Source: Octopus vulgaris (taxonomy: Eukaryota). From it: 64,000 bases of DNA. The DNA is taken from NCBI GenBank assembly GCA_951406725.2, contig OX597817.1, positions 55,738,001-55,802,000 of the forward strand, given 5' to 3'. Positions 41,898 to 53,976 of this stretch are shown one piece after another. Each line of letters starts with the position of its first letter. The stretch's first letter is position 1. Position numbers and translations under genes: made by a program. The notes under the pieces are model-generated. The model was not told where the DNA came from and made no database searches. It saw only the letters and a program-made list of their open reading frames with translations.

Positions 41898-42160
41898 GTA
41901 TGTATATATATATGTCTGTGTGTCTATGTTTGTCTCTCTAACATCGCTTTACAACCGATGCTGTTTACGTCCCCGTAACTTAGCGGTTCGGCAAAAGAGA
42001 CGATAGAATAAGTACTAGGCTTACAAAGAATAAGTCATGGGGTCAATTTGCTCGACTAAAGGCGGTGCTCTGGCTGCCTCTAACATCGCTTTACAACCGA
42101 TGCTGTTTACGTCCCCGTAACTTAGCGGTTAAAAGAGTAAAAGAGTAAAGAGAGAGAGTA
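41259..42160 (+). mobile_element. SINE family B, full length, interrupted by an insertion at 41501-41830 and carrying a ~53 bp internal duplication (41936-41988 / 42077-42130)
   Basis: Head GGCGCAGGAGTGGCTGTGTGG, GGTTCAGTCCC, GTGACACCTTGGGCAAGTGTCTT. Confidence 0.9.
41501..41830 (+). mobile_element. ~330 bp non-coding insertion in (TA)n with RTE 5'-UTR-like motif
   Basis: GGGCATCCTTCTAGGAGAAGGTAACTC resembles the RTE 5'-UTR motif (GGCAACCAGTCTAGGAGAAGGAAAACTC type); pure (TA)n on both sides. Confidence 0.6.
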
Positions 42161-42169
42161 CAATACACA

Positions 42170-42620
42170 AATTTGTCCAAGGAGACAACATGCAGTTCAA
42201 TGCTGAAAATTTTGAAGCAGTCTGCTATCATCCCACAAAGAGATTTCTATCAGAAAAGATAGAACAAAGACATATTACGATCATGGAGTCATAAGCAGCG
42301 CGTGGTCTTGGAATCCACATGAGTAATGATGCATCAGTCTGTGTGCATATGACAAATTTGTAAACAATCTGCATGTGACTGGCTGATTGGATTCTTAAAT
42401 CATTCAGAACAAAGTACAAGCGAAACACGCTGGTATTGTGGAGAATATTTATTCTCAGTCACCTGGACGACTGCTCTCAATTATTATCGTCACAAAAGCA
42501 TCAAGCGAACCGTGAAATTCGAGAATTCCAATGTTGTAATACCATTACGATTGTTTCAGTTCAACTGACGAGCTACAGGGTGAGGATAAAAAAAAAACTG
42601 GGGATCTGTTCCCGTCAATA
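42170..42620 (+). mobile_element. CR1/L2-group LINE ORF2 fragment, decayed
   Basis: NMQFNAENF, LGIHMSND, WILKSFRTK..LVLWRIFILSHLDDCSQLLS. Confidence 0.8.
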
Positions 42621-42909
42621 CTACCATTATTAGGAACCTCAGCATCATAGAGGGAGGCGTTGCACCGCGATTCATGCGTGGGAGTCGCGAGTTCACTTGC
42701 CTCAAATCCACTCCAGAAGAATCTATTTCTGTACGAACAGATGCGGTGGTCGTGTGGGGAATGTATTTGATCATCGTTCTAGCCAGTGAGTACCGGATCT
42801 GATGTAGCAGCAACAACAACAACAACAACAACAACACTGAAATAGACATCAAGATATACAAAAACCTTAGTACTACTGTAACCACTACCACAACCACCAC
42901 TACAACCAT

Positions 42910-42961
<52 letters not shown>

Positions 42962-42990
42962 GTTAAAATGTCTCTGTGTAAACTTAGAAT

Positions 42991-43090
<100 letters not shown>

Positions 43091-43119
43091 TATATATATA
43101 TTTATGTATATGTATATAA

Positions 43120-43391
43120 CTTTTAAATAATGAGGGAGATAAATTGAATATTAATTTAATTAACATCAATTTAAAACCAGTAGCCCAGCATATATGAAAA
43201 ATCTGAAAAATCAGAGAAAATTTCAATACATGTGTATATTTAGAGCTAAAAACCACTAGGTGGATAACCATATGCTAGACGAAGATCATAAAGGATCCAA
43301 TGTTCTGGAGAACATTCTATCTTTGTAGTTAGATCGTTTGTGATCTTCATCTAGCATATGGTTATCCACCTAGTAGTGTTTAGCCCTAAAT

Positions 43392-43393
<2 letters not shown>
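43120..43393. mobile_element. Fold-back element inserted in (TA)n
   Basis: 43235-43297 pairs with 43328-43393 (TATATTTAGAGCTAAAAACCACTAGGTGGATAACCATATGCTAGA / TCTAGCATATGGTTATCCACCTAGTAGTGTTTAGCCCTAAATATA); unpaired extension on the left. Confidence 0.8.
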
Positions 43394-43451
<58 letters not shown>

Positions 43452-43744
43452 ATGTGTGGGTGTGTGTGTGTGGCAATGATGTGTTTAATATGCAAATTGC
43501 TTCATGCATCTGTGTTACACTGCCGAATCTCGTGGCAATCCAGGCAACGGGAAAAAAGCGATAACGCTTGAAATATGCCCGGACACCCATTACCTATTTT
43601 GTCTACATTCCATTGTGCTGTTTTACATAGACGTACTTGTTAACAAAACGGCGTTACTGGCGGTGCTGACGCGTAATTCTATAGAAAATCTATCGTCATA
43701 TAAATTAAATGAAAATATTGCTCTGCTTATAAATACACGGTAAA

Positions 43745-44610
43745 ACACTTGTTACTTGTTTACACCGAAACAGATAAAGCCTTGTTTTCTACAATAGACC
43801 TAGACTCACCAAATCTTTGTTTCCAACTCTAGACCCGATCTAAAGAAAGAGTTGTCTACTCTATGCGTCGGGCTGAACACCTCCTAATCATCTATTATTG
43901 CCCCGTTCTGACCAAATCCTTCACTTCTACACTATTACCTGGATGGCCTAAGCCTTGTCTCCAGCTAGTCCAGAGTTAATCAAAAATTTGTTTTCTAAAG
44001 CACCGCACTGACAGATTATTTTCAACAACATTTGACACGTTCTGATATAATATTGTCTTCGAATCTAGAACCAGTCTAACAAAACCTTTGTTACCCTTCG
44101 ACTCCAACTGTCTAAAATCTTGTTTCCGCTGCTATAACGAGCAAACCAAGGACATTTAATATAGCCTCTCCCTGACCAACCCAAGTTATATTCTTTAGCT
44201 TTGATCCGATCAAAACTTTGTCTAGTGCTATAGATCCGGCCAGATCAAAGATTTTACTTCTGTGAAAGCCACTGACAGCCTAAATGTTTAATGCTTTCAA
44301 AGAAATCCTATATCGAAGGTTTGTCATCTAATATTGATTTGGGTGACCTATACATTCCTCCCTATTTTAGCTCAGGTGCTACCAAAACATAGATTCCTGT
44401 TTGAGTTGGATTAGACAAAGCCTAGATATCTCTTATTGTACTGGGCTGATGAAAATATATCTGTTTTTCTACTAATATATTTCTGCGCTGATAAAAGCTT
44501 CTTATCTTTGTTTCTTATCCTTGTTTCCCATCACCTGGAGCTGAAGGAAACACGTCTTTAACAATAGCCGCAGTGTTTTGCTCACTGCTTTCAAATCTAG
44601 CACACGTCTG
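43745..44610 (+). repeat. Ancient degenerate minisatellite, period ~33-35 bp
   Basis: AAAGCCTTG-like motif recurs at 43776, 43811, 43846, 43914, 43949, 43982, 44047, 44081, 44114, 44212, 44247. Confidence 0.8.
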
Positions 44611-44924
44611 GATATGTTAACTCTCAGCAGGAAAAGGACTGAGTCACTGAGTCTTGTAAAACATCCTAGCTTAACATGTGCTGTTATAAATAAAAAGAAA
44701 ATCGACGTCGCTGACTATATTATTCAGCAGGGTGCCGCCAAAGTCACACCTTCTCCCACCAACAAGAATTGGGCCTAAAGATATGGAAAATAAGTAGTAT
44801 TGCCTTTATAACATTCATATCACGTGGCATAGAGGCTCAAAACCAAGATTTCTTTAAAATGTCTCTCACGCTGCTCCTTGTATCTTAGGAGGTAGACGTG
44901 TCCAACGAATCCACAGAATTCTAA

Positions 44925-45138
44925 GGCACAAGGAGACCGTCCAGAAGAGTTGCAGGAGATTCCAAAGTCGTCTGGAAGACGTGGGTGAAGCCAATGGTGA
45001 TTTCATTGCATAAATTTACTCCTTAATATTTCAAGATATTTTAATGCAATTTTGGTAAATATATCTGTTAAAATGGGATATCGGTGTTATTTTCATTTTT
45101 GTGTAATTTAGATGACAATTTATTCATCGCACCCTGTA
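44925..45138 (+). mobile_element. Tc1/mariner transposase C-terminus and right TIR
   Basis: KETVQKSCRRFQSRLEDVGEANGDFIA* then ...TCGCACCCTG-TA; possible left end CAGGGTG at ~44728. Confidence 0.7.
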
Positions 45139-45187
45139 TATATATGAATGTATGTATGTGTGTGCGTATGTGTACATATATATATAT

Positions 45188-45348
45188 ACAACGGCCTTCT
45201 TTCAGTTTCCGTCTACCAAATCCACTTACTAGGCTTTGATGCGTCAGAAGCTATAGTAGAAGATACTTGCCCAACATGCACGCAGTGGGAGTGAACCCGG
45301 AACCATATGCTTGGGAAGCAAGCTTTTTACAACACAGCTACACCTGTA

Positions 45349-45350
<2 letters not shown>
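45188..45350 (-). mobile_element. SINE family B, 5' half
   Basis: CTTCTTTCAGTTTCCGTCTACCAAATCC...CCCGGAACCAT. Confidence 0.85.
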
Positions 45351-45390
<40 letters not shown>

Positions 45391-45409
45391 GAGAGAGAGA
45401 GAGAGAGAG

Positions 45410-45454
<45 letters not shown>

Positions 45455-46160
45455 TAGATATAGATATATAGATATGTATGTATGTATGTAGGTATGTAGG
45501 TATGTATGTATGTATGTATGTATGTATGTATGTATACACGACACATCTAATTTTGAAGTCACGAACAAATTATAAACGCCAGCGAAACCAGCAGCAGCAG
45601 CAGCATCACTACAAACCACAACATCAGTCCTACCTCCAACACCAGCAGCAACACCACCACCACCATAAACAACAACGACAACAACAACAACATCTTCAAC
45701 AGCAACGCATTCAGCAATCGAAGCGACTACAATAACAATGTCGACAGCCATAATCTTAAGAACAATGGCTTACTTTCCAAGTTATTCTTTTCTCCATTTA
45801 CGGTGCGCCAGCAAAGGTTAAGGGCTCTGCCCCCTCATCACCAGAACAACTCCCTCTCCACAGCAAACACACATCTTACAAACCATAGTCTGTTGCAGCA
45901 TTATTGGAAAGGCACTGCTAATTAAATGCAATTTGGAGAAAAAAATGAAATTAGTCAATGACCTTTGAATCACCTTCTATATACTTGTCTACACTCGCTA
46001 CAATTTCAATATATTGCGGTCTAACAATATATCTCTGTGTACGAATGTGTGTGTGTGCGTGTGTGTGTATACGTGCATGTGTGATTGAATATAAGTATAT
46101 ATATATACGCTGAATATATGTATATATGTCTGTATGTATATACTTATATATACATACATA

Positions 46161-46239
<79 letters not shown>

Positions 46240-46567
46240 TATGTATGTATATATAAGTATATACAGACATATATACATATATTCACACATATATATATTC
46301 TTTATCTCGATCGTTTTATTTTCCACGAATTAGATTATATATATTCTACAGGGAACCTAATTGACACACAAACACACACACATACGCGTGTGCACACATA
46401 TACATACCCACAAACACGCACATTGAGAGAAAAAAATGCAAGAATGTATACATGTAAGCCTACTGACTCATACCAGAACTTCGATCAGTACTGATCGATA
46501 GAAATGCACATATATACGACCGTATGTATGTATATTTGTATCGTGCAAAAGTGCTTACGTCACACAC

Positions 46568-46648
<81 letters not shown>

Positions 46649-46780
46649 CTATATATATATAAATATATATATATATATAAATATATATATAAATATATGT
46701 ATTTATGTATGTATATATATAATATATATTATATATATATATATACATATATATTTATGTATGTATGTGTATATATAATA

Positions 46781-46833
<53 letters not shown>

Positions 46834-47727
46834 ATATGTATGTATGTATATATGTGTGTATGTATGTATGTATGTATGTATGTATGTATGTATGTATGTA
46901 TGTATGTATGTATGTGTGTATGTACTGTACTGTGCTGTACGCAGTCGTATTTAAACTGGTTACTTCCTCCAATCATGTCTTACTATCTGGATTAGAAAAA
47001 TATCCTCCAAGCCATTTCGACAGTTCCGCTGGAATTGATTTATTTTTCTGGTATTGTATTCTTGTTGTCGTTGTTATTGTTGGTCGTGGAGATGGCGGGG
47101 TGGGGCGGGGGAGGGTCGGAGGCGGTGTTGATGTGAGTGAGCGACGTCGAGTTGATGATGCTCTACTTCCCTGCATCATATATGTCTCTTTTACACTGGT
47201 TCTTTTTTTTTTCTTTTTTCTTATCTTTCTTTATTTCTTTGGTTCTTTCTTCCTTTCTTTCTTTCGCTTTATATTGCTCTTATTTCTCTCTGTTTCTGTC
47301 TCCTTCTCTTGCTCAAATAACACGTCAGCATTACTTTAATGCTGAATATCACCGCACCACCATCACCACGCCCATCACCATCACCTCCACCACCACTATC
47401 ACCACTACTACTACTGCTACTATTACATCTACTGCTAACACTAATACTACTCCAAGTACTACTGATGCTAATACTACTGCGTCTGTACGGCATCAACGTC
47501 CATGTCAGCCAAATTAATAGCAGCAAATAACAAGTCGCTGCCGTTCCAAGTACCACCACCACAGACACATAACGATAGACAAATAGCTCTAACACATACA
47601 AACACTCACAAATGCACATAGGAACGATCACATGTATACAGGCATACATACATGTGTGTGTGTACGTGCCTGTGTGGTTGTGTGTGTTTGCATGCATGTA
47701 CACGTATGTTTACGTTTAATACTCTGA

Positions 47728-47774
<47 letters not shown>

Positions 47775-48299
47775 GGAGAAATTCAAAGGCAATGTAGAAA
47801 AGATTGCATTGAAAGACTGAGCAAATACCAGAATTATAACGACAATGTTACATAAAGCAATTATATTTAATAAAGGACAAGTGCCATGTGGTTAATGTCG
47901 TTCAGAGAAACTCCATATTCTTCTTTTTTGTCAACCAATATCGAACAAAATAGTGAACTTCCACTTGCCGACATGCGCTCAATGTATTTTGAACTTGAAA
48001 AGGGCTCTCTTTGTACATCTGACGTTAATGGCAGGATGAAAGTTTGTGAAGGGCATCAGAGCAAAACTATTGATAATTACTTTCAGTATTCAAATATGTG
48101 TAAGTATATTTACAGACATGCGGGCGCACGCACACACATATATTTCTTACGTGTACAAGGAAAGTGGTGTCGGTGACTTCGAAGTTTCGGCCTACCGGCC
48201 TTTGTCGGTCGTGCGATAGTGTTCCATTTTACAGTTCAACGGGTTTTAGATTTCCAATTAGCATTTCTACTTAAGCTCTGTACTATATTAATAAAGTAG

Positions 48300-48538
48300 T
48301 ACAAAGGATACACGGGGCAGAGGAACAAGGGAACAGATAGTTCATAACTGGCAAGGGGAACGGCAGACGTAAAATAAGCAGACCACCCACTTCTTGGCTG
48401 AAAGACATCGCAGTCACAGGATTGTCTTTATTCTCAGCTGTCCGTGGGGTAGAGGACAGGAGAAGGTGGAAAGTCATCGTGATGACCACAGCATCGCATA
48501 GTGCGACACCTGACTAGGATGATGATGATGATGATGAT
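48300..48538 (+). mobile_element. RTE-clade LINE 3' end
   Basis: GKGNGRRKISRPPTSWLKDIAVTGLSLFSAVRGVEDRRRWKVIV, short 3' UTR, (GAT)n tail. Confidence 0.8.
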
Positions 48539-48547
48539 ATATATATG

Positions 48548-48608
<61 letters not shown>

Positions 48609-48675
48609 CAACAAAAGATTGAATGAGACCTCGATATTATGTAAAATAGAGGAATTTATCTATATATATATAATA

Positions 48676-48755
48676 TGTGACAATTAATAACTGATGAGAT
48701 GACAGAGCAGACTTCAGCCCGGCATCCGAGTTTTATTATGACAACCAACAAATTG

Positions 48756-48760
<5 letters not shown>
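48676..48760 (+). mobile_element. Decayed copy of the 6.1 kb hammerhead element (GAAA deleted)
   Basis: ATAACTGATGAGATG...GGCATCC-GAGTTTT matches the minus strand of 6100-6178; bracketed by inverted TGTGACAATT / AATTGTCGCA. Confidence 0.6.
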
Positions 48761-48803
<43 letters not shown>

Positions 48804-49451
48804 TATATATATATATATATATATTCCTATGTATCCGTGAATACCACCCTTACTGCATCGTTTTCTTTTAGAAGACACCTGAGGAGTCACTTACTAATTA
48901 AACTATATTTCCGAGGCACAAAGGTTAAAATTAATTCTGCACTCGATATATGGAAATTTTATTCTTAAAAGTGTTCGCTATATGTACCTGAATTAGACAC
49001 ATTGCCAAGAATTTATTTTTTCGTTCCCGAAAGTATGAAAGGCAAATCTAACGTGTTAGTGATTTGAAATCGCAACGTAAAAACCACAAAACCACAAGTC
49101 ATTTGATCTTTCGCTCTAACGAATCTGCCAATCTATACAGTTCTATGATGTCTGCCATATATCAATAGCTAGACCGAAAGATCCTATCCAATATGATGAT
49201 GTAAACAGCATATATAAATATGACAGTGAATGTGCTTTGAAAATAGCATCTTTGATATTGCGGTATCAGTTATTACTGTGGTGACATCAATTGATCACCT
49301 GTCATTTAGCCAATTGATGGATGAGTCTTACGTCTCAGCTTCAGCAGAACACTAGTATAGTGAACTCTCCTTTCGATTGAATTAGTCTAGCTCAGTAAAC
49401 TCTCTGTTTCATCAATGGAATTCAGACATGTGCATATTAGCATATTCACTA

Positions 49452-49775
49452 TGTTTACAAGGAATAAGCCCTGGGGTCGATTCGTTCGACTAAAGGCGGT
49501 GCTCCAACATGGCCGCAGTCAAATGACTGAAACACATAAAAACAAAAGAAAGTATATATATATATATATATACTCTTACTCTTTACTCTTTTACTTGTTT
49601 CAGTCATTTGACTGTAGCCATGCGCTGGAGCACCGCCTTTAGTCGACCAAATCGACCCTAGGACTTATTCTTTGTAAGCCTAGTACTTATTCTATCGGCC
49701 TCTTTTGCCGAACGCTAATTTACGGGGACGTAAAAACACCGGCATCGGTTGTCAAGCGATGTTGGGGGAGGGACA

Positions 49776-49871
<96 letters not shown>

Positions 49872-49940
49872 TATATACGACGGGCTTCTTTCAGTTTCCA
49901 TCTACCAAATCCACTCACAAAGGCTTTGGTCAGCCTGAGG
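49452..49940. mobile_element. Tail-to-tail SINE family B pair (49452-49550 +, 49571-49940 -)
   Basis: CGACTAAAGGCGGTGCTCCA..GTCAAATGACTGAAACA and its reverse complement ~20 bp apart. Confidence 0.9.
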
Positions 49941-49947
49941 CTATATA

Positions 49948-50015
<68 letters not shown>

Positions 50016-50924
50016 TATATAAATTTTGAATTTAGCTCACAGACCCGACAGTACTACCTTTGCGGACCACAAGTTGGGAACCACTGGTTTGAGCCCGAGG
50101 TCATAATTGATCCAGCAAACATATAATCGAGACATTCTATGCGTGACCATCACATTTTTAGATTTATTTCAAGGACCACATTATCTGTTATATAAAAGTC
50201 AACAAGAAGTGTTTTCTGAGGGAGACGTAGGTACTATTTATAGCAGATCATGGCAGTCATAAGGACTTGTGGTTTTATCGAGTTTCAGTTGCCGCAGCAA
50301 CATCGCCTGCGTCATTTTACATCAAACCCACGCTCTATCGGGTTTTATCTGAATAGTTCTTAATGTTTAGTTGTTGGTTGAATGAGAGAGGACATAGAGC
50401 TTTTCTGAGGTTTTTCTTTTCTTTTCAACGAAGGAGTGAGAAGGGCGGGGTTTCTATCCGATAATAAGAAATATGAAATAATTACAGCCAAACTTACACA
50501 TCTTATTTTGTGGGTCGTGGCAGGTTGCCAAAATTATTTTAACCAGCCATGTATGCTATCACGTGTCCATTATTGATCAAAATTATGATCACCATTCAAA
50601 CCCATGATTATGATTAATGATAACTTGTGTATCATTTATATCAAGGTGTGTTCATCTTCCAGTTATTCAGGCAAAGAAGAATAAGACGTGACTGTCGTTT
50701 GAAAAATTTATTCATAAACCAACGAATATTAAAAGTTTTTGTTCTTCCTTTTTTTTATAGAAAATTGTTTAATGTTGGGAAAATTGACTTTCTCCATGCG
50801 CTAACAACACGACGACGACGACCACCACCACGAGCTGAAATCAGATAAGAGATACAACTGCCTTGTGAGAATTCAGATTCCAGTAAAACAAATGCTCACT
50901 CTAACTCATTTATTATGCGTATAC

Positions 50925-51132
50925 TGGTTTCAAATTTTGGCCCAACGCCAGCAAATCCGGAGAAGAGGGTAAGACGATTATATCAGCCCTGAATGCTCAA
51001 CTATAATTCATCGATTCGAGAAAATGAAAGTAAAGTCGGTTTCGGTAGAATTTGAACTCAGAACGTAAAGACGGAGAAAATTCCCCAGAGCATTTTGTCC
51101 GGCGCGTTAATGATGCTACCAACTCACCGCCT
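50925..51132 (-). mobile_element. SINE family A, diverged
   Basis: GAATTTGAACTCAGAACGTAAAGACG...CTCACCGCC. Confidence 0.75.
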
Positions 51133-51350
51133 TACTTGTGATGATTCATATTCCAATAAAAGGTCGTATACAGTAACTCGTACTCGTATATTACAAGTGT
51201 TTTAACTGTAGAATGGTTAATATTTATTAATTTTAATCAGTACCATTCCATAGGAATGCTATACACCGCGTTTTTGTACAATAGAATGCCTGGTAGAAGT
51301 TTATTTCCTAGAGAGAAACTTCCTAACACAGTTAGAACAATTCATATATC

Positions 51351-51573
51351 TGTTTCTTTATTACCCACAAGGGGCTAAACATAAAAGGGGGACACACAAG
51401 GACAGACAAACGGATTAAGTCGATTACATCGACTCCAGTGCGTAACTGGTACTTAATTTATCGACCCCGAAAGGATGAAAGGCAAAATCGACCTCGGCGG
51501 AATTTGAGCTCAGAACGTAACGGCAGACGAAATACGGCTGCGCATTTCGCCCGGCGTGCTAACGTTTCTGCCA
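51351..51573 (-). mobile_element. SINE family A flanked by ~107 bp direct repeats (51243-51350 / 51571-51677)
   Basis: Young-looking SINE lacking ~10 nt of head; flanks about 90% identical by eye. Confidence 0.9.
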
Positions 51574-51682
51574 TTCCATAGAAATGCTATACACTGCGTT
51601 TTTGTACAATACAATGCCTGGTATAAGTTTATTTCCGAGAGAGAAACTTCTTAACATAACTAGAACATTCATATATCGTTAA

Positions 51683-52068
51683 TCTTTATATATAAAAGTG
51701 AAGTTGTGTGTCTGTCTCCTACGATTTAGATTCCTAACTACTCCCACATTTTGCGGTGCAGTTGTAACCAAAAGCGTGTATCTTATAGTCGTGATTCATA
51801 TCGAGCCCTTCTGGGTATTAGCGCGAGTCTACGATTTTTTGAAAAATTTACCATCATATTTTTCCATTTTTAATGCATTTTTTTGCTATTATATAAGAGA
51901 AGTAACTCTCTAAAAATGTATTATCAAATCTCAGAACGTAAAAAGCTACAGTAACACCCCCCCTTTGTGGTTTGCCATATTGAAATGGCTATTATACTTT
52001 ACATCTCTAAAAATGCTTATATAGTTATTTCCCTTACAAATCCGAGCAACGCCGGGTGATACTGCTAG
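51683..52068 (+). mobile_element. Non-autonomous Helitron (same family as 16000-16511)
   Basis: 5' TCTTTATATATAAAA, 3' CCGAGCAACGCCGG hairpin then CTAG, A|T site. Confidence 0.9.
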
Positions 52069-52389
52069 TCATTAATATATTAGTATCTTAATGTTATTAA
52101 TATTTGAAGGGAAAATATGAAAGTCTGACGTCAGAAAGTTTCTTTATAAATCTCGACCTTTTCTCTAATTATCCTTTTGGTCTAATGACTGAAACAAATT
52201 AAAAATGAAAACAATAAAAGATGAAAGTAATTCCAACAAATTGTTTGTGGATATCATACGTTTACAATAATCAGACGGTAGTTTGAATATAAGATAAGAG
52301 ATCTTCCATAAAAGGCAAATATTTATCCTTTTGCCATATTTTGTGAGAAGTAATGTGCCAGCATTACCGTGAGGTTTTTGTCATATATA

Positions 52390-52608
52390 CAGGTTTGGCC
52401 AAAACTCACTCGACAGTAAATTAAAATTCCATTAGCACTATCTGGAATTCTGTATTGACTCGAATGGAAAAATGGTGTCGCTCAGGAAGGAGGTCCATGA
52501 TGTTTCATATTTAGGTACTTTTATTAAATTCATTTAGTTGTTAAACATAAATAAATCTTGTAATTAAATGGTTTTGGTTTACTGTCAAGTGACTTTTGGC
52601 CAACCCTG
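52390..52608. mobile_element. Tc1/mariner MITE
   Basis: 31-bp TIRs CAGGTTTGGCCAAAACTCACTCGACAGTAAA / TTTACTGTCAAGTGACTTTTGGCCAACCCTG (28/31), TA on the left. Confidence 0.85.
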
Positions 52609-52795
52609 TTTATTATGTTTTTTTATCTATTTGCCACTTCTGATAAATCCATTTCTGAAGAGAGACTAGGAATATCCCCATTTGTTTCGGTCAGAGTGCT
52701 TATGACATTTACCTTATGTATGAACTATGTAGATACGAGTTCAAAGGAGTTGTCCCTATCGTTTTCAAATAGACAAACCAGTACATGACAAATGA

Positions 52796-53113
52796 CACGG
52801 ATAAAGTGATAGTATGTTGTCAACTTAATGCGACAGTCCCATAAAAGGGAAGAATGCTACTGTTATTTAACCCTAGGAAACACCGTTTCCACTTGGACTT
52901 GAAACATTCCCAGGATGCTGGCCTTGCTGGGTGGAGGTGCTTGTCTCCACTTCGAAAACATAAGGACATAGGAAATGCGTCAAGTCCAACAGGAAACGGT
53001 GTTTCCTAGGGCTAAATAACAATAGAATTCTTCCCTTTTATGGGACTGTCACATTAAGTTGACAACGTACTATCACTTTATCGTGCTGCTACTGCATAAA
53101 TCTCTCTATTTTG
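52796..53113. mobile_element. Fold-back pLTR-like element with 12-bp TSD
   Basis: ~105 bp arms 52796-52902 / 52979-53085; TSD AAATGACACGGA (52790-52801) / AAATGACATGGA (53114-53125). Confidence 0.85.
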
Positions 53114-53499
53114 AAATGACATGGAATCAGTTACGACTTATAACGAATTGGTTTCTGCTGTCAAAACTTCTGTATTCGTTATGTTGTACACAGCTTGGAT
53201 TCATTTTTGTTTTATTTCGCTCTGCTTTGTAGAATTTAGAAAGTAGTACTTTTATCCAATAACAACTCTCCTCCAGGCGAGGGAGATAGAACTCTTGATG
53301 TATGATCCACAAATATAATACAAGGAAACCAATACCAGTCCTAGATTATTCAGCAAAAAGAGATATTTACTGTGAAGTCCAACACAAAGTGCCAACATCA
53401 ATCAGAAATTTCTTGAAGCCTTTAGTTTCGTCTACATCGTTTGTTTGAAGATATAAACATAGCTACAGCTTTCCTAAAATGAGAACACCATCAACATGA

Positions 53500-53976
53500 A
53501 TTAGAAAATTACTATTTGTAAATCTCATAACGAGAGATATTCAGCAACAGTACTTTGGAGAAAAGATTATTTGCCAACAAAACATGGCAATCCTGGTTTA
53601 GGACAAATGCTGCTGTAATTTAGCCCCTGGACACAGATCGTGTCGTATAGCCAGCTGGAGACGATGTTAGTAATTTTCTAATTTATAAATCAGTGACTCG
53701 TTGTCATTTGGAAACTGTATATTTCAAACGGCAATTTGGCAGCGCCACCTCTAGCCGAACAGTTATTCTATGCTGATGACGGGAAATAACCCGGAAATCG
53801 CGATATACGGATATTGTTTTGAGCTGAGCGGGGGTGCTAGATTCCTTTGTTCGAAAATATAAGGACACAGATCGAGTCGTATAGCCAGCTGGAGACGATG
53901 CCTCCTGAGGCTAAATTACAGCAAGATTCGTCCTAAACCAGGACTGTCATGTTATGTTGGCAAATAATTTTTATTC
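53500..53976. mobile_element. Fold-back pLTR or retrozyme-like element with hammerhead and 14-bp TSD
   Basis: TSD CACCATCAACATGA (53486-53499 / 53977-53990); arms ~53556-53630 / 53903-53978; internal direct repeat GGACACAGATCG.GTCGTATAGCCAGCTGGAGACGATG. Confidence 0.85.
53768..53810 (+). ncRNA. Minimal type-I hammerhead ribozyme motif
   Basis: CTATG-CTGATGA-CGGG-AAATAA-CCCG-GAAA-TCGCGA-TA-TACGG; perfect stem II, palindromic stem III ATCGCGAT, weakened stem I. Confidence 0.8.

Noticed and set aside
43745-44610. CRISPR-like periodicity (~35 bp)
   Set aside because: No conserved repeat alternating with unique spacers, no cas genes and a eukaryotic context; it is a degenerate tandem repeat.
47097-47115. 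G-quadruplex motif GGGGTGGGGCGGGGGAGGG
   Set aside because: Fits the pattern but lies in low-complexity sequence with no functional context.
50072-50087. hAT-like right end GTTGGGAACCACTG (similar single ends near 28630 and 40790)
   Set aside because: No matching opposite TIR or TSD found, so no element could be delimited.
50430-50570. Promoter (GC box GGGCGGGG, E-box CACGTG)
   Set aside because: Isolated short motifs with no associated gene or transcript evidence.
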